From Lama glama (lineage: Eukaryota), in contig CM052825.1 of NCBI GenBank assembly GCA_028534125.1, positions 25,916,001 through 25,980,000 on the forward strand: a DNA stretch of 64,000 bases, written 5' to 3'. Below are positions 1 to 12,135 of this stretch, piece after piece. Position 1 is the stretch's first letter. The number at the start of each line of letters is the position of its first letter. Both the position numbers and the translations under genes were made by a program. Below the pieces are notes generated by a model. It did not search any database and was not told the origin of the DNA. It saw nothing but the letters and a program-made list of their open reading frames with translations.

Positions 1-2815
1 ATCCAGTCCTGCACAAGGCTGTTCCCCTTCTCAGCCTTCAGGCCCACCAGGTTTGGGCCCAGAAGTTTCTGCACCTCAGCAATGGTCAGCGGCTGCCAGG
101 GCCCCCAGACGGCAGTCAGGGTCCACTTGCCTTTCCCAGAAGGTTGCTTTCCTCTACTGTGTCCAAACCACCCACCCCATGCCTCCCCATCCAGACCCTG
201 CCTTGGCCCCTCCAGACTTTGGAGAGGGCCTTGGCTACCCCTCAAAGGCCCCACCCCTGGATGCCCCCCTTCTCTGTGGTTGTACCAGCACAGCCTCTGT
301 CTGCAGCTTCTTGAACGTGGCCAGGTCCATGTTTATGTTCTGCTGACTGAGAGCCCGCAGGTCCTCCATGGGGGCCCCACCTGCCCATGGGAGAAGGCCC
401 TCTAAGTGTGAGAGCTTGCAACAGCCCCTAGTCTCACCCTCTGACCACAGGCTACCAGAAGCCACTTCCTTTCCTGAGAGTTTTCCCAAAAATTCCTTTG
501 CCTGGTGACCACCTGACCCTCTGGGTTGGAAGAAAGGCTGGAGGTGCCCAAAACTCACAGGATCTCAGCCTATACACACTTGGAGGGACACAGGGTACAC
601 TTTGGTCACACGGCCAACAGGCTGCCCAGTGAGGGGGGAACCTGGCAGCATGGATGCGGGAGCTTCAGGCATCACCCTCCCCTCCCCAGCCATGTCCTCC
701 CTGGCTCACCCAGGTAGGGCTTGATATTCTCAAAGTATTCAGACCCTGTCATGTTCTTGAAGACAATGCGGGCCTTGGGATAGAGGACGGCTATCTGCTG
801 TGGGCTGCATGCATCCAGGTCCTGCGGCCTGGTCACCCTGGGGAGGTAGCACAGGGCCAGGCAGTGAGCTGGGAGCATGGCACGCCCACCACACCTGAAA
901 GAGCCCTGGACTCACCAGACAACATTGAGGCTCATGGAGCCCAGCTGCTCAGGGCTGAGAAGGCACAGGTAGGTAGGGTGGAGAGTGGCCAGGGTCTCCA
1001 GGGTGGCCTTGTCCAGCTGGCCCCCTCTCACTACATAGCGGGCAATCAGGGCAGCCACCTGTGGGAAGAGGCCACTAGGTGGCTTGGGGCAGCGAGAGAT
1101 GTATCCCCTTGGACCTGCACAACCTCACATGCTGTGTCTGCCCCTCCCCACCCTGGTAGATGGTCACCTGAGCATCCATCTTGTGTCCTTTGCTGACTTC
1201 GAGCAGAGATTTCACAGTCTCCAGGGATGTCACATTCCACTTGTAGATGTCCTCAGGGGTGACCGAAAGGAAGAAGTACCTCAGGTGCTGGATCAGGGAC
1301 TCTGGGTATCCCTGTGGGTAGAACTTCCCCAGAAAGTGACCATGAGGGCCACAGCCACTCCCCGGGCAGCTGGGAAAGCCGAGCTATGGCAGGCAGGTGG
1401 GAGCCCGAGTCCTGAACTACCTTGTCCAATTTGCGCTTAAAAATGTGGAGATGCTGGTAGGTGAAAGGTATCAAGTTCACCCGGTCCATCTGAGCAGCCA
1501 GCAGGGCCCCGTCCACACAGGCCTCCAGCTCCCACTCCTCGTAGAAGACGAGTTTTTCATCCACCACTTGGGCTTTCCGCCCCGGGGGGCAGGCCTTCTC
1601 TGCAGGGGTAGGCAGGGGGTTGGGGACTGGGCTTCTCCCATCAACCTCTTCCTCCCACACCCACACTGAGACCCTGGGCAACACATGACCTCTCCGGGTC
1701 TCAGTTTATGCATCAGCAAAATGGGGTGTTTCTGTTCACTCTCTTGGGTCATCATGATTGACAAGAAGGGCCACAGGCGCAGGCAGGTGAGACATCACAT
1801 GCCAGCCCCCACCCTACATCTTCTGACGCCCAATGGGGCTGGGCACTGTGCTCACTCTCTGTGCCCCGCCAGGCCCTTGGGATGATGACAGTCAGCTCAG
1901 GCTGTGGCCAGGACTGGTCCCGGGAGGTGTGCTGCAGCCATGGGGTCGTGAGGCCCTGAGAACAAAGCAGCGCTGGGACTGAGCAGAGAAGCCTGGCGCT
2001 CAAGGACCCCCACCCAGGGCCAGAAAACCCTCTTTGATTCCCCAGAGGGGCCTTACCAATCCCGTGTCTGCAGCCTGGGCCCTGGAAGGTAACATCCACC
2101 CTGCAGGGGACGGCACACCAGGCTCAAGGGGATGGCCAGGGACTTCTAGCAATGCCTGCTGCAGTCCCCCACCCTGGCGAGGAAGGAGACAAAGCTGGCC
2201 CCTCCCAGCCCCGTGCACACCCCATGGGTGTAGAAGCAGAGGGTTAGGCCCCTGCACCCCACGATATCACGTCCTGCAACACCACACCAGGGAGCACAGG
2301 CCTCCTCCTGGGGCCTCGCTGCTCAGGGCAGTCAGACACCTGTCTCATGGGCACCTTCAGTTTGGCCTGTGCCCCCATCACCACCCTGCCTCAACCTCCA
2401 ACCCCGTAGGTCACCGCAGTCCAGCATGGGTGCCGGACATAGTCACCTCTCAGGGCAGAGATATGGCTGACAGCCTACCTGGGACTTGAGGCACCTGATG
2501 AGATTCAGGACACTTGTCTGGGCTCAGGGCACCTAATTAGATTCAGAGCATCTGCCCAGGATTCGAGGCACCTGCCTAGGGCAGGGTTGGGGGGCACTGT
2601 CCACAGCCAGGGAAGGAGGCATAGAGCAGGTAGCGCCTTTCCTAAGGCCCCGAGCCCTAGGGACCCACAGCTACCCTTGGACGCTCTCTGGCACTCCAGT
2701 ATTTTGCCACAGCTCATCATCATTACTCACCGAGGCCTAGAAGCAGGAGCAGGAGGCTGCCATGAGTTGAGGTCCCATAGGACTCCAGTGGGGTTCGAGC
2801 AGTCTGCAAGGCCAT
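1..2815 (-). CDS. MSLN: Mesothelin precursor (partial, 3' end off-window; MPF-coding exons absent)
   Basis: Coding exons in transcript order: 2815-2731 (MALQTARTPLESYGTSTHGSLLLLLLGLG), 2100-2057 (WMLPSRAQAADTGL), 1955-1856 (GLTTPW...PRAWRGTE), 1599-1421 (KACPPG...FYEEWELEACVDGALL...), 1323-1168 (FYPQGYPESLIQHL...WNVTSLET), 1058-916, 837-710, 380-286, 92-1 (PLTIAEVQKLLGP). All GT-AG and phase-consistent; peptides match mesothelin; syntenic with CIAO3. Confidence 0.95.
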
Positions 2816-5232
2816 GGTCTGTGAAGGACAGCCACTCTGATGTCCCCACTACTTCCCATCCCCACCGCTTCCCTGCACCCACGATACTGCCCCAGGCCAG
2901 TGTGGGGCCTTGTGGGGCTGCAGGGGTCTCAGGGCCCTGGAGGGCTACCAGCTCAAACCTTCACAGGCCTCCCCAGCAGTGGCAGTGTCTGTGTGTGTGG
3001 CCTCTGGCCCTCCTCTCAGGACCAATCAGCCTGCCTGGCCCGCCTCCTCCGGGAAACCTGCCCTTCTGCCAGGGGGGTCAGGTCTGAGTCAGCCTGGCCC
3101 TCAGCTGTGGGAGCCCAGGCGGGCGCCCATCCTCTCTCCCCATGGGGCAGGGCGGGAGAGTTTCGTGTGCAAGGAAGCAAGGCCTGGCTGGCCTTGGTGT
3201 CCCCACCCCAAGCAGAGGGACAGAGCAGTTTGGGGGCTGGGGGTCACGCTGACCCCTCAACCTGCAGCATGGCTGTCCTCCCCACCCACCCACAGCCACA
3301 GGTGCCTGGCTTTGTGTAATCCCAGGGCCCTCCTAGGTAGACGAGGCTGCCACAGCCCACCTGCCATCCTGGTTTCCCTTCTGAGGTTCTTCCGGAAACA
3401 GAGGCCTGGACCAGTGTGAGTGGAAGGTGGCTGGGGTGCTGCTCCCTAAAGAGGGGGGCTTGCAGGAAACCAAACCACCTTCCACTCTTGCCCTCCCAGA
3501 GAGACCCAGAGAGGGAGGCCGCCTACAGCCAAGTGCAGTGGAGCCATACCCTCCCCCAAACCTTCACCAAGGCCTGTGTCGGGCCCCACCCCAGCTCAGA
3601 AATGGGGGAGGGGCATGTTTATGTCTCAGCAACCGCTTTCAGCCAGGCAAAGAGCCCAGCCTGGGGGAGTGCCCTGAAGAATGGGCCGCTGACTGGGGCC
3701 CCTACCTGTGGGGTGGGTGAGGCCAGGCAAAGGCTGTGCAGCCCCTGCTGTCTTCTCTCAGCCACTACCCCCATCCCATGTAACCAGGGACCCCCCTAGT
3801 GCCCTAGCTGGGGTCTCCCACTATAGGCCCTGGAATCTGCAACCTACCCCCAGGTAGGCCAGATTGGGCCACAGACACACCTCAGCTGTCTTGGAGCTGC
3901 AGCTTCCAGAGTAACCCAGGTGTGACCTGCAGAAGCCACATCTGTTTCGGCCAGTCTAGGGCAGGCATATTTGTGTGACAAGGGAACAGTCCCCTATGGC
4001 ACTCTGTCTCCTTATGCAAGTCTGCTCTGATGCTTCCCTTTCTGGGCCTGGGATGGTCCCATCTCCAACCCTGAGCCCTCCAAGACCAGTATTCCCCTGG
4101 CCCCCTGTCACTCATTAACCACCTCATACTCGCTGAGTGCCTATTGTGTGCTGGGCCCTACACGGATGCTGATACACACGGGGGTAGGTGATTCAAGCCC
4201 TATCCAGGACCTGGGGGTGGGGCCTGCCACAGAGAGGGCTGGCCCTGCTCCTGCCCTCCTATCCCTGCCCTGCTAGCCTGTGGGATCTGGCATCTGAGTG
4301 GACCACCAGCTCAACAGAGTGGTGTGAGATAGAGGTAGCTGTGACTGTGACAGAGGAATGGTCAGCTCCAACCCCCGAGCCCAGGGGTCATCAGCTCATA
4401 GCCTCCAGCAGGTGTGCAGCTGCAGGACACTGGCTGAAGCTCTCTCCCGCCCCACTTGTCCCACCCACCTCCAGAACCTCCCACCCCAGCTTAACCACAG
4501 TCCCCAAAGTCTGGCCTTCAAATGATGGAAAATGAATTCAGACCACATTCCCTGCCAGCTTCAGGTTCCTCTGGTGAGGGTGGGCAGGGGCATGGATCAC
4601 AGATTTAGGGTCTTGGACACAGGGTCATTTTATCTGCCTTAAGCACAGAGATGTTGTGTGGCCAGCCTGGGGTCACACAGCATGTCAGGAGTAGCTAGGG
4701 CTAGAGTAGAGTTGACCCTGAGGGCACTGCCCTCTGAGAACAGGGGAGGTGATCCTCACTGCTCCCCAAGTGCAGTGGGAACAAGGGAGGGGGCATACAG
4801 AGGGGGCAGGGGTGGGGTTTCCCCACCACCCCAGCCTGCTTGTGTGGGGCTGGACAGGGTCCCCTGCAGGGTGGGTCCCAGTACCAGCCTCCACTTAATC
4901 CCTGCTCCTACCCAGAGCTGCTTGACTAAAGGTGCTGACAGAGGTGTCCCCCACTCCCCTTCCCAAGCCTGCCCTCCCATGTGACCCCACTCCACACGGA
5001 TGAGGCCATGGTCATGAGCCTGGACCCTGGGCTAAGAGCTCCCAATCACCTCCACAGGATCTGGGGGACCCTGCTTGTGGGGACTCTGATGTTCCAGGGT
5101 GATCAGCCAACTCTGAGCCTCCTCTGATTCAGTTTCGTCAACTGGGAAGCAAGAGGCTGGCAGCCTCTGAGGTCTGTCAAGGCAAACAAATGAGGCACTG
5201 GCCGGCAGCTGGGAGTGCCAGTACTCAGGCCA

Positions 5233-5256
5233 CAGGAATGTGTGGGAGGATGGAGA
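5233..5256 (-). promoter_or_regulatory. Canscript-like MSLN enhancer (SP1-like element + MCAT/TEAD site)
   Basis: Minus strand reads TCTCCATCCTCCCACACATTCCTG, close to the human MSLN Canscript (TCTCCACCCACACATTCCTG as recalled), with an intact CATTCCT. It lies ~2.4 kb upstream of the ATG, next to a MIR-like putative non-coding first exon (~5110-5170). Confidence 0.7.
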
Positions 5257-8095
5257 CCTGGGGAGGGATGTGGGGTGGAGAGCTGCCTCTGCCTCTCCCA
5301 CTGTGGGCGGGTGTGGGAGCCCCGGGCAGATTGACCCACGTACCAGGTGTGTGTAGAGCCACGCCCTTGCCGCTTAGGGTCTTACTCTCCCATTTCTCAG
5401 GTGGGGAAACTGAGGCTCGGTGCTGCAGGGAGGTCACAATCACACAGCAAGGCAAGGTGTGTTCTCCCTGCTGGTGCCATGAGAGTCTCCGTCGGCCACC
5501 CCCCAAGCCCAAGGTCAGCAGGTTCGGGGTGGTGGCTACTCAGCCAGAATGTGACTCCCGGGAGCGAGTTCCAGGATCAGGGCTGTTTCGCCTGCACATC
5601 ACCATAGGGGTGGTCAGGTGTGGGGCTGAAGGAGCCCACCTACCGAGGTACCGGCTGTCTCCCAGGTGGGAGGTGGAAGCCACCTTCCTGCTGCTGTGGC
5701 TACAAGGTTAGACAATGTGTGTCTTTGTGCTAGCCGGATGCCAGCATCCGCATGCCGATCTGACTTTGCTCCATGGCTTTGGTGTGCACCCCGGCAGATG
5801 GAGTCGCTGTGACTCCCTCACTGCCCACCCCAACCCTGTGTGCTCCAATATTTTGGTGAACAGGAATCCCCTGTGTGAAGTCTGTCTCTGCATTTCACAT
5901 CTGCAAAGGCTTCTGTTGGCTGACCCAAGTATGTACAGCTGCCCCATCTCTGACCTTTTTCCATGAGCTGGGTTTTCTATTATGTGCAGTGGAGCCAAAT
6001 GCTAATTGATACAAAATTCAGGAAGGCTGCCAGGTATAAGAACCAACTTACACATAGAGTAAGTGCCCTGGAAGAAAAGTTCCGTTTGCAGAGAACAACT
6101 GAAAACTTCTGGACAAGATGTAAAAAACCAATTCCCTAAGGGCTCTGGGGTATGAAGGAAACAAGACAGATTTCAGGTGGGAATTGATACCAGCGTGGGG
6201 TGTGTCTCCCTTTGTGTGAGGGGCTTTATTGGGTGGAGCACTTAGACTCCAGCAGAAATCACACCACGTTTCTGGCTGAAGAGAGGAAGGAGCCCAGAAT
6301 CCCCAGACAGTAGAGAGTGAATGGAGAACTCTGAAAAAGAGAGAGCCAGAGGAGGGAACCCCAAATTCTGTGCATGGATGCCACCTAGACCTCCTGCTGA
6401 CCCCTGAGCCATGTGTGTGCAGGGCAGACGGGAAACAGCTCAGATTACAAACTGGCCAAGACTGACCTCTGCCCTCCTCGGGGTGGCAGAGGTTACAGCT
6501 CAAGTCTGACTGAGCTCACTGTCCACCAAAACAGAGGCATCAACAGTCTTTGTAGGAATATAACAGAATGCAGTGTCCACACAACAAAATAGTCACAACA
6601 TTTGTGACTTGGCATAGGGAGAGCTGGGAGATTGTGACCCATTCTCCAGGGAAGAGAATCCATGCCAAGTTAAGATAGTTATTAGCATTATTAGACAACG
6701 AGGGAATGGAAAATTAGCTCTTGTGAATGCCGAGGTAGGAAAAAATGACAGTATTTTCTAAAGAACCAAACAGGAAATATTAAAAATGAAAAATCTGAAA
6801 TTTAAAAATTCCCTGGATGGACTTAACCGGATCCATCACTTCCGATTGAGGGTTAGGTGGGAGCTACCCAATTGCACAGGTAAATGGATTGTGAGATGTG
6901 GCAGTTTCCTCTGTGTCTGCAAGGAGGAACTGCAGTCTGAGCTCAAAAGATACAGCGACTGTGGTGTGCCTGGGAAAGGAGAGGTCATGTCTGGTTTTAA
7001 CTCTGATGGCATAAGAAGTATATGAAACACATTATTTTTGTTGTTGTTAAGATGACGGTAAAGCATTATATGTTTTGCCAGTAAGTTCTGTTCTCCCTTG
7101 TAATGTTAGGTTGACTTTGTTAAGAGACATTATCAAGTTAGAAGCAAAAGGTGAATTCCAAAGGCATCTGGCGTTCAATGACTCAGATTAAAGGAAGCTC
7201 TTCTCTGTGTATATCCTAACATTGAATTCTACACTTCAAATGGGTAAGTTACATAGTGTGGAAATTCTATCTCAGGGAAGCTGTTTTTGAAAGACAAGCC
7301 AAAGACTTGAACAGACACTTTACAAAAGAAGTTAACGGTAAATGGTCAATCAGCTCATGAGAAGATGCCCAACTCCACCACTCCCTGGGGAGATGCAAAT
7401 CAAATCCACAAGGAGACACATACCCACCAGAATGACAACATTTAAAGGCACTGACAAGGCCAAGTGTGTCACGGATGTGGGACGGTTGGGAGTCTCAAAC
7501 CCTGCTGGCGGGAGCACAAGGTAATATGGGCACTTCTGTTTGGCATTTTCTTACGAAGCTAAACATACAATTAACCATACAACTTAGCCATTCTCCTCCT
7601 AAGTAACTGGTCCAGAGAAACAAATAAGTGCACAGAAAGACTTGTACATGAATATTCCTAGCAACTCTACTTACAATACCAAAATGGGGAAAAACAACTT
7701 CCCATCAATAGATAAATAAACAAAACATGGTATATTCACATGATGCCGTCCTAGTCAGCAGTAAGAAAGAACAAACTACTGATGTGAGGAGGATGAATTT
7801 CAAAATCATCATGCTGACTGAAAGAGGCTGACATCAAAGAGGACGTGATGTATGATTCTGTTTCTATAAAAATGTTAAACAGCAAACTAATCTATTATGA
7901 CAAAAAGCACATCAGTGGTGGCCAGGGGCCAGGCAGCTTCATCAAAATTAAGGATTCCTGTTCATAGGAGTAAGCAGGGAGGAAACTTTTGGGGGTGATG
8001 GAAATGTTCTGTGTCTTCACTGGGGGGAGATTTCATGGGGTGTGTAACCACCCAAGCTCTTTGGACTGTGCACTTTTTTAAAAATGTTATTTGTA

Positions 8096-8205
8096 GGGGG
8101 CAGTAACTAGGTTTATTTATTTATTTTAAATAGAGGCACTGGGGATTGAACCCAGGACCTTGAGCTTACTAAGCACATGCTCTACTGCTGAGCTATACCC
8201 TCCCC
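8096..8205 (-). mobile_element. tRNA-derived SINE (camelid vic-1-like)
   Basis: Reverse complement GGGGAGGGTATAGCTCAG...GGTTCAATCCCCAG with A and B boxes, followed by an (AAAT)n tail; inserted in L1. Confidence 0.8.
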
Positions 8206-8497
8206 CCTGGACTGTACACTTTAAATGGATGCCTTCATTGTGCATAAATTATACCAGAAAACATTGATTTGAAAATCAATAGCATAACAAGTGTTGGCAA
8301 GGATGTGGAGAAATTGTTACATTGTGCATTGCTTGTAGGAATGTAAAATGGTGCAGGGGCTGTAGAAAACAGTCTGGTAGTTCATCAAAAACTTAAGCAC
8401 AGAATAACCACATGACCCAGCAATTTAAGATACACCCCAAAGATTTGGAAACAGGGACTGAAACAGATAACCTGTGCACCCACGTTCATAGCAGTGT

Positions 8498-8630
8498 NNN
8501 NNNNNNNNNNNNNNNNNNNNNNNNNNNNNNNNNNNNNNNNNNNNNNNNNNNNNNNNNNNNNNNNNNNNNNNNNNNNNNNNNNNNNNNNNNNNNNNNNNNN
8601 NNNNNNNNNNNNNNNNNNNNNNNNNNNNNN
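8498..8630. other. Assembly gap (N run)
   Basis: 133 N. Confidence 1.
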
Positions 8631-8694
8631 CACCGTGGATGAACCTTGAAAACATCATGCTCAGTGGAAGAAATCAGATACACAAGAGTGGTCA

Positions 8695-8810
8695 GGGGAG
8701 GGTACAGTGCAGTGGTAGAGTGTGTGCTCAGCATGCACAAGGTCCTTGGTTCAATCCCCAGTACCTCATTAAATAAATAAATAAAACCTAATATCTGGCC
8801 CCCCCAAAAA
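8695..8810 (+). mobile_element. tRNA-derived SINE (camelid vic-1-like)
   Basis: GGGGAGGGTACAGTGCAGTGGTAGAG...GGTTCAATCCCCAGTACCTC followed by (AAAT)n. Confidence 0.8.
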
Positions 8811-10737
8811 ATTATGGTGTGATTCCATTTATATGAAATGTCCACATTAGGGAAACCCATAGAGACAGAAAGTATAACAGAGGTTACCAGGGAGGCAAGG
8901 GAAGTGGGAGTTATTGTTTATTGGGTGCAGTTTCTGTTTCAGAAGATGAAAAAAGTTCTGGAAATTGGTGGTGGTGATGGTTACATAACATTGCAAATGT
9001 ACTTAACCATCACTGAATTGTACACCTAAAAATTATTACAATGTAATTATTTATGTGTATTTTACCACAATAAAACATCAATAGCATTCCTGTCTGTCAG
9101 CAATCAGAACAAATTTAATAGGAAAATGTATAATTTCTAATAACAATGAAATCCACAAAGTAGATTCATAGAAATCAGCCTATCTGATAACAAAGAATTT
9201 TTTATGGAACAACCCAGCATGATAAAGTGTCAGTTCCCCTGACATTATCCTATAGTCAATTCAACCCTAACAGTCAATTCAACCCTAGGAGAATTGTTTT
9301 TCAAGAACTCAACAGATTCATTGAACATACAGGGAATAAATATCCATGAACTAAACAGAAGAGGCAAGCTGCCAGACATTAAGACACCGCCACAGTGATT
9401 AAGATAGAAACAAAGGCACAGTCTACAGATTTCAAGGAAAATACACCCTGCGCACATGGAGCTTCACTCATGGAAAAGGTGGCTCTGCAGAGCAGTGTCG
9501 GGGGAGGGACAGATCCACAGGACCGATGGTGTTGGAAAATGGGACGCCCTGAGTGAAGAAAAGTAAAGCAAGAGCCCTTGTTTACATCAGACAAGTTGGA
9601 TACCGGGTGCATTAAAGACCTGTATACCACCGAGGGGACTAGATGGACAGAGAAAGGAGGGCCTGAGGAACGCAGGGAGATGTGGAGACCTTCCACAACA
9701 GAACCTGCCCTGAACTGGTGGGTGAACGTGACGTCACTGGAGTTAAGGATTCCTATGCAATAAACAAATCGGCAGCTAACAGGCAGCTGTCAGAAGGAGA
9801 GAAGAGATGTCTAACAGCTGACAATGCCGTGTGTGGTTCAGAAACTGGGAGGACACGTGAAGAACCGCACATCAACAAGAAAAGCCAGAAACCGATAGGA
9901 AGGGGGCCCAGGAGGCAAGCAGGAATTCTCAGGAGATTGAGGAGCTAGAGGCTTGTGAAGCCAGCTTCAACTTTTGCAGGAACCCTAGAAATTCGAACTC
10001 AAAACAGGAGATTTACAAAATTCAAAAGGTGGATCACAGCAGGTGTTGGTGACCATATGCTGAGACAAACCCAGCAATAGATTTTTTTCCTAATATGCAA
10101 AAGTATGTGATGCTCTTTAAAGAAATGTAAGAAAATGTGGAAAGATGACAGTTGCCCTGGTTCCCACCTCCTGCCCAGTCCCTGCAGCCCACTGGGGGAG
10201 CCCCTCTAGACTTTCCTCATGGTGCAGTCCTGGTGCACAGCCCACCTCCTGCTCGCCTACCCATCACGCACTCCCCCTGCCTGTCCTGTCAGGAGTTGCC
10301 CTCCAGCTACCCTTGGCTTGTTCACCATTTTTGAGTGAACAAAACAATTTAGGGGCTGTTTATTCTGCAATTAAAAAAAAGAAAAGCTTTTTGCGTTTTT
10401 TTCCACCTGGCTGAGCCTGCTCCCATCAGGGCACCTCCAGCCACACCTAAGAAGTGGGATAAATAATCTCTTCTGGCTTGGCTGTTTCCATTGCCAGTGT
10501 AGACCCATGTAGCTCTGATCCAGTAATCCCCATGAAGCCAAGGGCAGCCAGCTAGGTCTCCTGGCAGGACCCACATTCCCAGGGGACAGGAGCCGTGCCC
10601 AAAGCTCAGTAGGTTGGCTCCTGCTCCGATTTCTCAAAATAAAAAAACCTGTCCCCCAGTCTGGGCAAAATAGAAAAGGGGACCAGAGTCCGCTGGCTTG
10701 GAGCCTGGGGCAGACATACAGTGGGCCTCTGCTCCAG

Positions 10738-12099
10738 GTCACCACTTCCTAACCCTAACTCAGCTGGTTCTGCTGGCTGTGTGCTTGAGTGTGCTGGCCG
10801 AGGATGGGGCTGGGGGTGCAGAAGGCCGTGGGGCTGCCATTTGCCCAACTGCCTCCTGTTCCTCATGCCTGGCTGCCCAGCACTGCCCAGTCACCCCCTG
10901 CTGGACCTCTCCTGCTGCCTGGGGCCCAGCATCCCAGAGCCGTGCAGCCAGGACGTGGCACTCTGTCACCAGGCTCCCCTGTGGCCTTTTGTGCTGGTAA
11001 TGGACAGCATTGTCCTGGCCCAGATCCTGGTGGACACCTCCCACAACATTTTCCAGCAGATGTAGGAGCAGGCAGGCATGGGCAGCCCTGACACTGGGTC
11101 TGAGGAGGCCTGGGTGGTGACCCCACCCACACGTGCCCTGACCCTAGAAGGAAGGGCTCCCTCACTGTCTTCCAGCTGCTCCCAGAACCAGCACCCACAA
11201 CATCTGCAGAAATGTCCTGACCTGCAGGTGTCTGGGGGTGAGGGTGGGTGGGCAGAGCCACCTTAATCCTCTGGCCCCCCACCCCACCACAGTCCCAGGC
11301 CCTGGGGCAGTCACTGGGGACAGCCCTGGCTAGAGTCAGAGGTCAGGCTTGGACCCTGAAGGCCCCATCCCAGGTCCTAGGCTTGAGGGCTGCCTCCTTT
11401 GCAGATATCTGAGCTCAGCATGGGCTGAGAAGGGGCCCCTGAGCACCCCTTCCCCTCGACACATCTGAGTGGCCCTAGGGTGCAAACTCCCAGCTGTGGC
11501 TAGATACGCACCTGGGAAACAGCATCGTGTCCAACTAAGCACCTGCTGGGCTCGAACCCAAGGCTCAGCGGTGGGGAGCACGGGAAGCGGGCGCACGAGG
11601 GTGGGGTGCCTCGGGCAGACAAGTGGGAGGACAGACACCAGGGACGGCCGGGCTGACAGGCAGTGCACACCCCAGGCCCAGGTCCTGGGTAGACTTGTGC
11701 TGGCGCAGCTGGCCACCTTCCCTATGACCTCAGGTGCCATCACCTGGAAGCTGGATGTGGACCAGGCCCTGGACCAGCTCTTCCTGGAGCTCACCAGGTG
11801 AGCCTCGAGGCATGGCAGGCATCCTGGGCAGCTGGGGTGGTGCTCTCAGCCCCTCCCATCCTGCCCTCGGGCTATTCCTGTGCCCTGCCTGGCATTGCCA
11901 ACCCCACATGGCAGGTCCTTCTTCAGCCCCTTGCCGACTGCAAGGCCCCCACCATGTTCCAGGACAGCTTCAGATGGTGAGTGGCCGGGCTGTGGCGGGG
12001 CCACCCCTCAAGACCATTGAGGTGACTTTGCTTCCCCACTGTCCTCAGGCTCCCGGAATGTCCCCAGTTCTGAGAGAATACAGGCTATACACACACACA

Positions 12100-12135
<36 letters not shown>

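Larger units (their letters stand above)
5990..10070 (+). mobile_element. Nested ancient LINE-1 fragments (L1M/L1MB/L1MC-like)
   Basis: AT-rich block with typical L1 ORF2-end and 3'UTR strings (e.g. 'caagtgttggcaaggatgtggagaaa', 'ggatgaaccttgaaaacatcatgctcagtg', 'gaaatgttctgtgtctt'); no intact ORF. Confidence 0.8.

Noticed and set aside
2101-2730. Missing MSLN MPF exons hidden in this intron
   Set aside because: It lies upstream of coding exon 2 (wrong order), is 630 bp (shorter than the ~666 coding nt needed) and shows no MPF-like peptide.
1-2815. MSLNL or a MSLN pseudogene
   Set aside because: Signal-peptide exon, exon sizes, orientation and Canscript-like element match MSLN; all retained exons are open and in phase.
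8096-8810. tRNA genes
   Set aside because: The tRNA-like heads are degenerate, have A-rich SINE tails and sit inside L1 DNA, so they are SINE copies.
9254-9287. Short direct duplication (similar ones near 13588-13614 and 17639-17661)
   Set aside because: Isolated two-copy slippage duplications with no sign of function.
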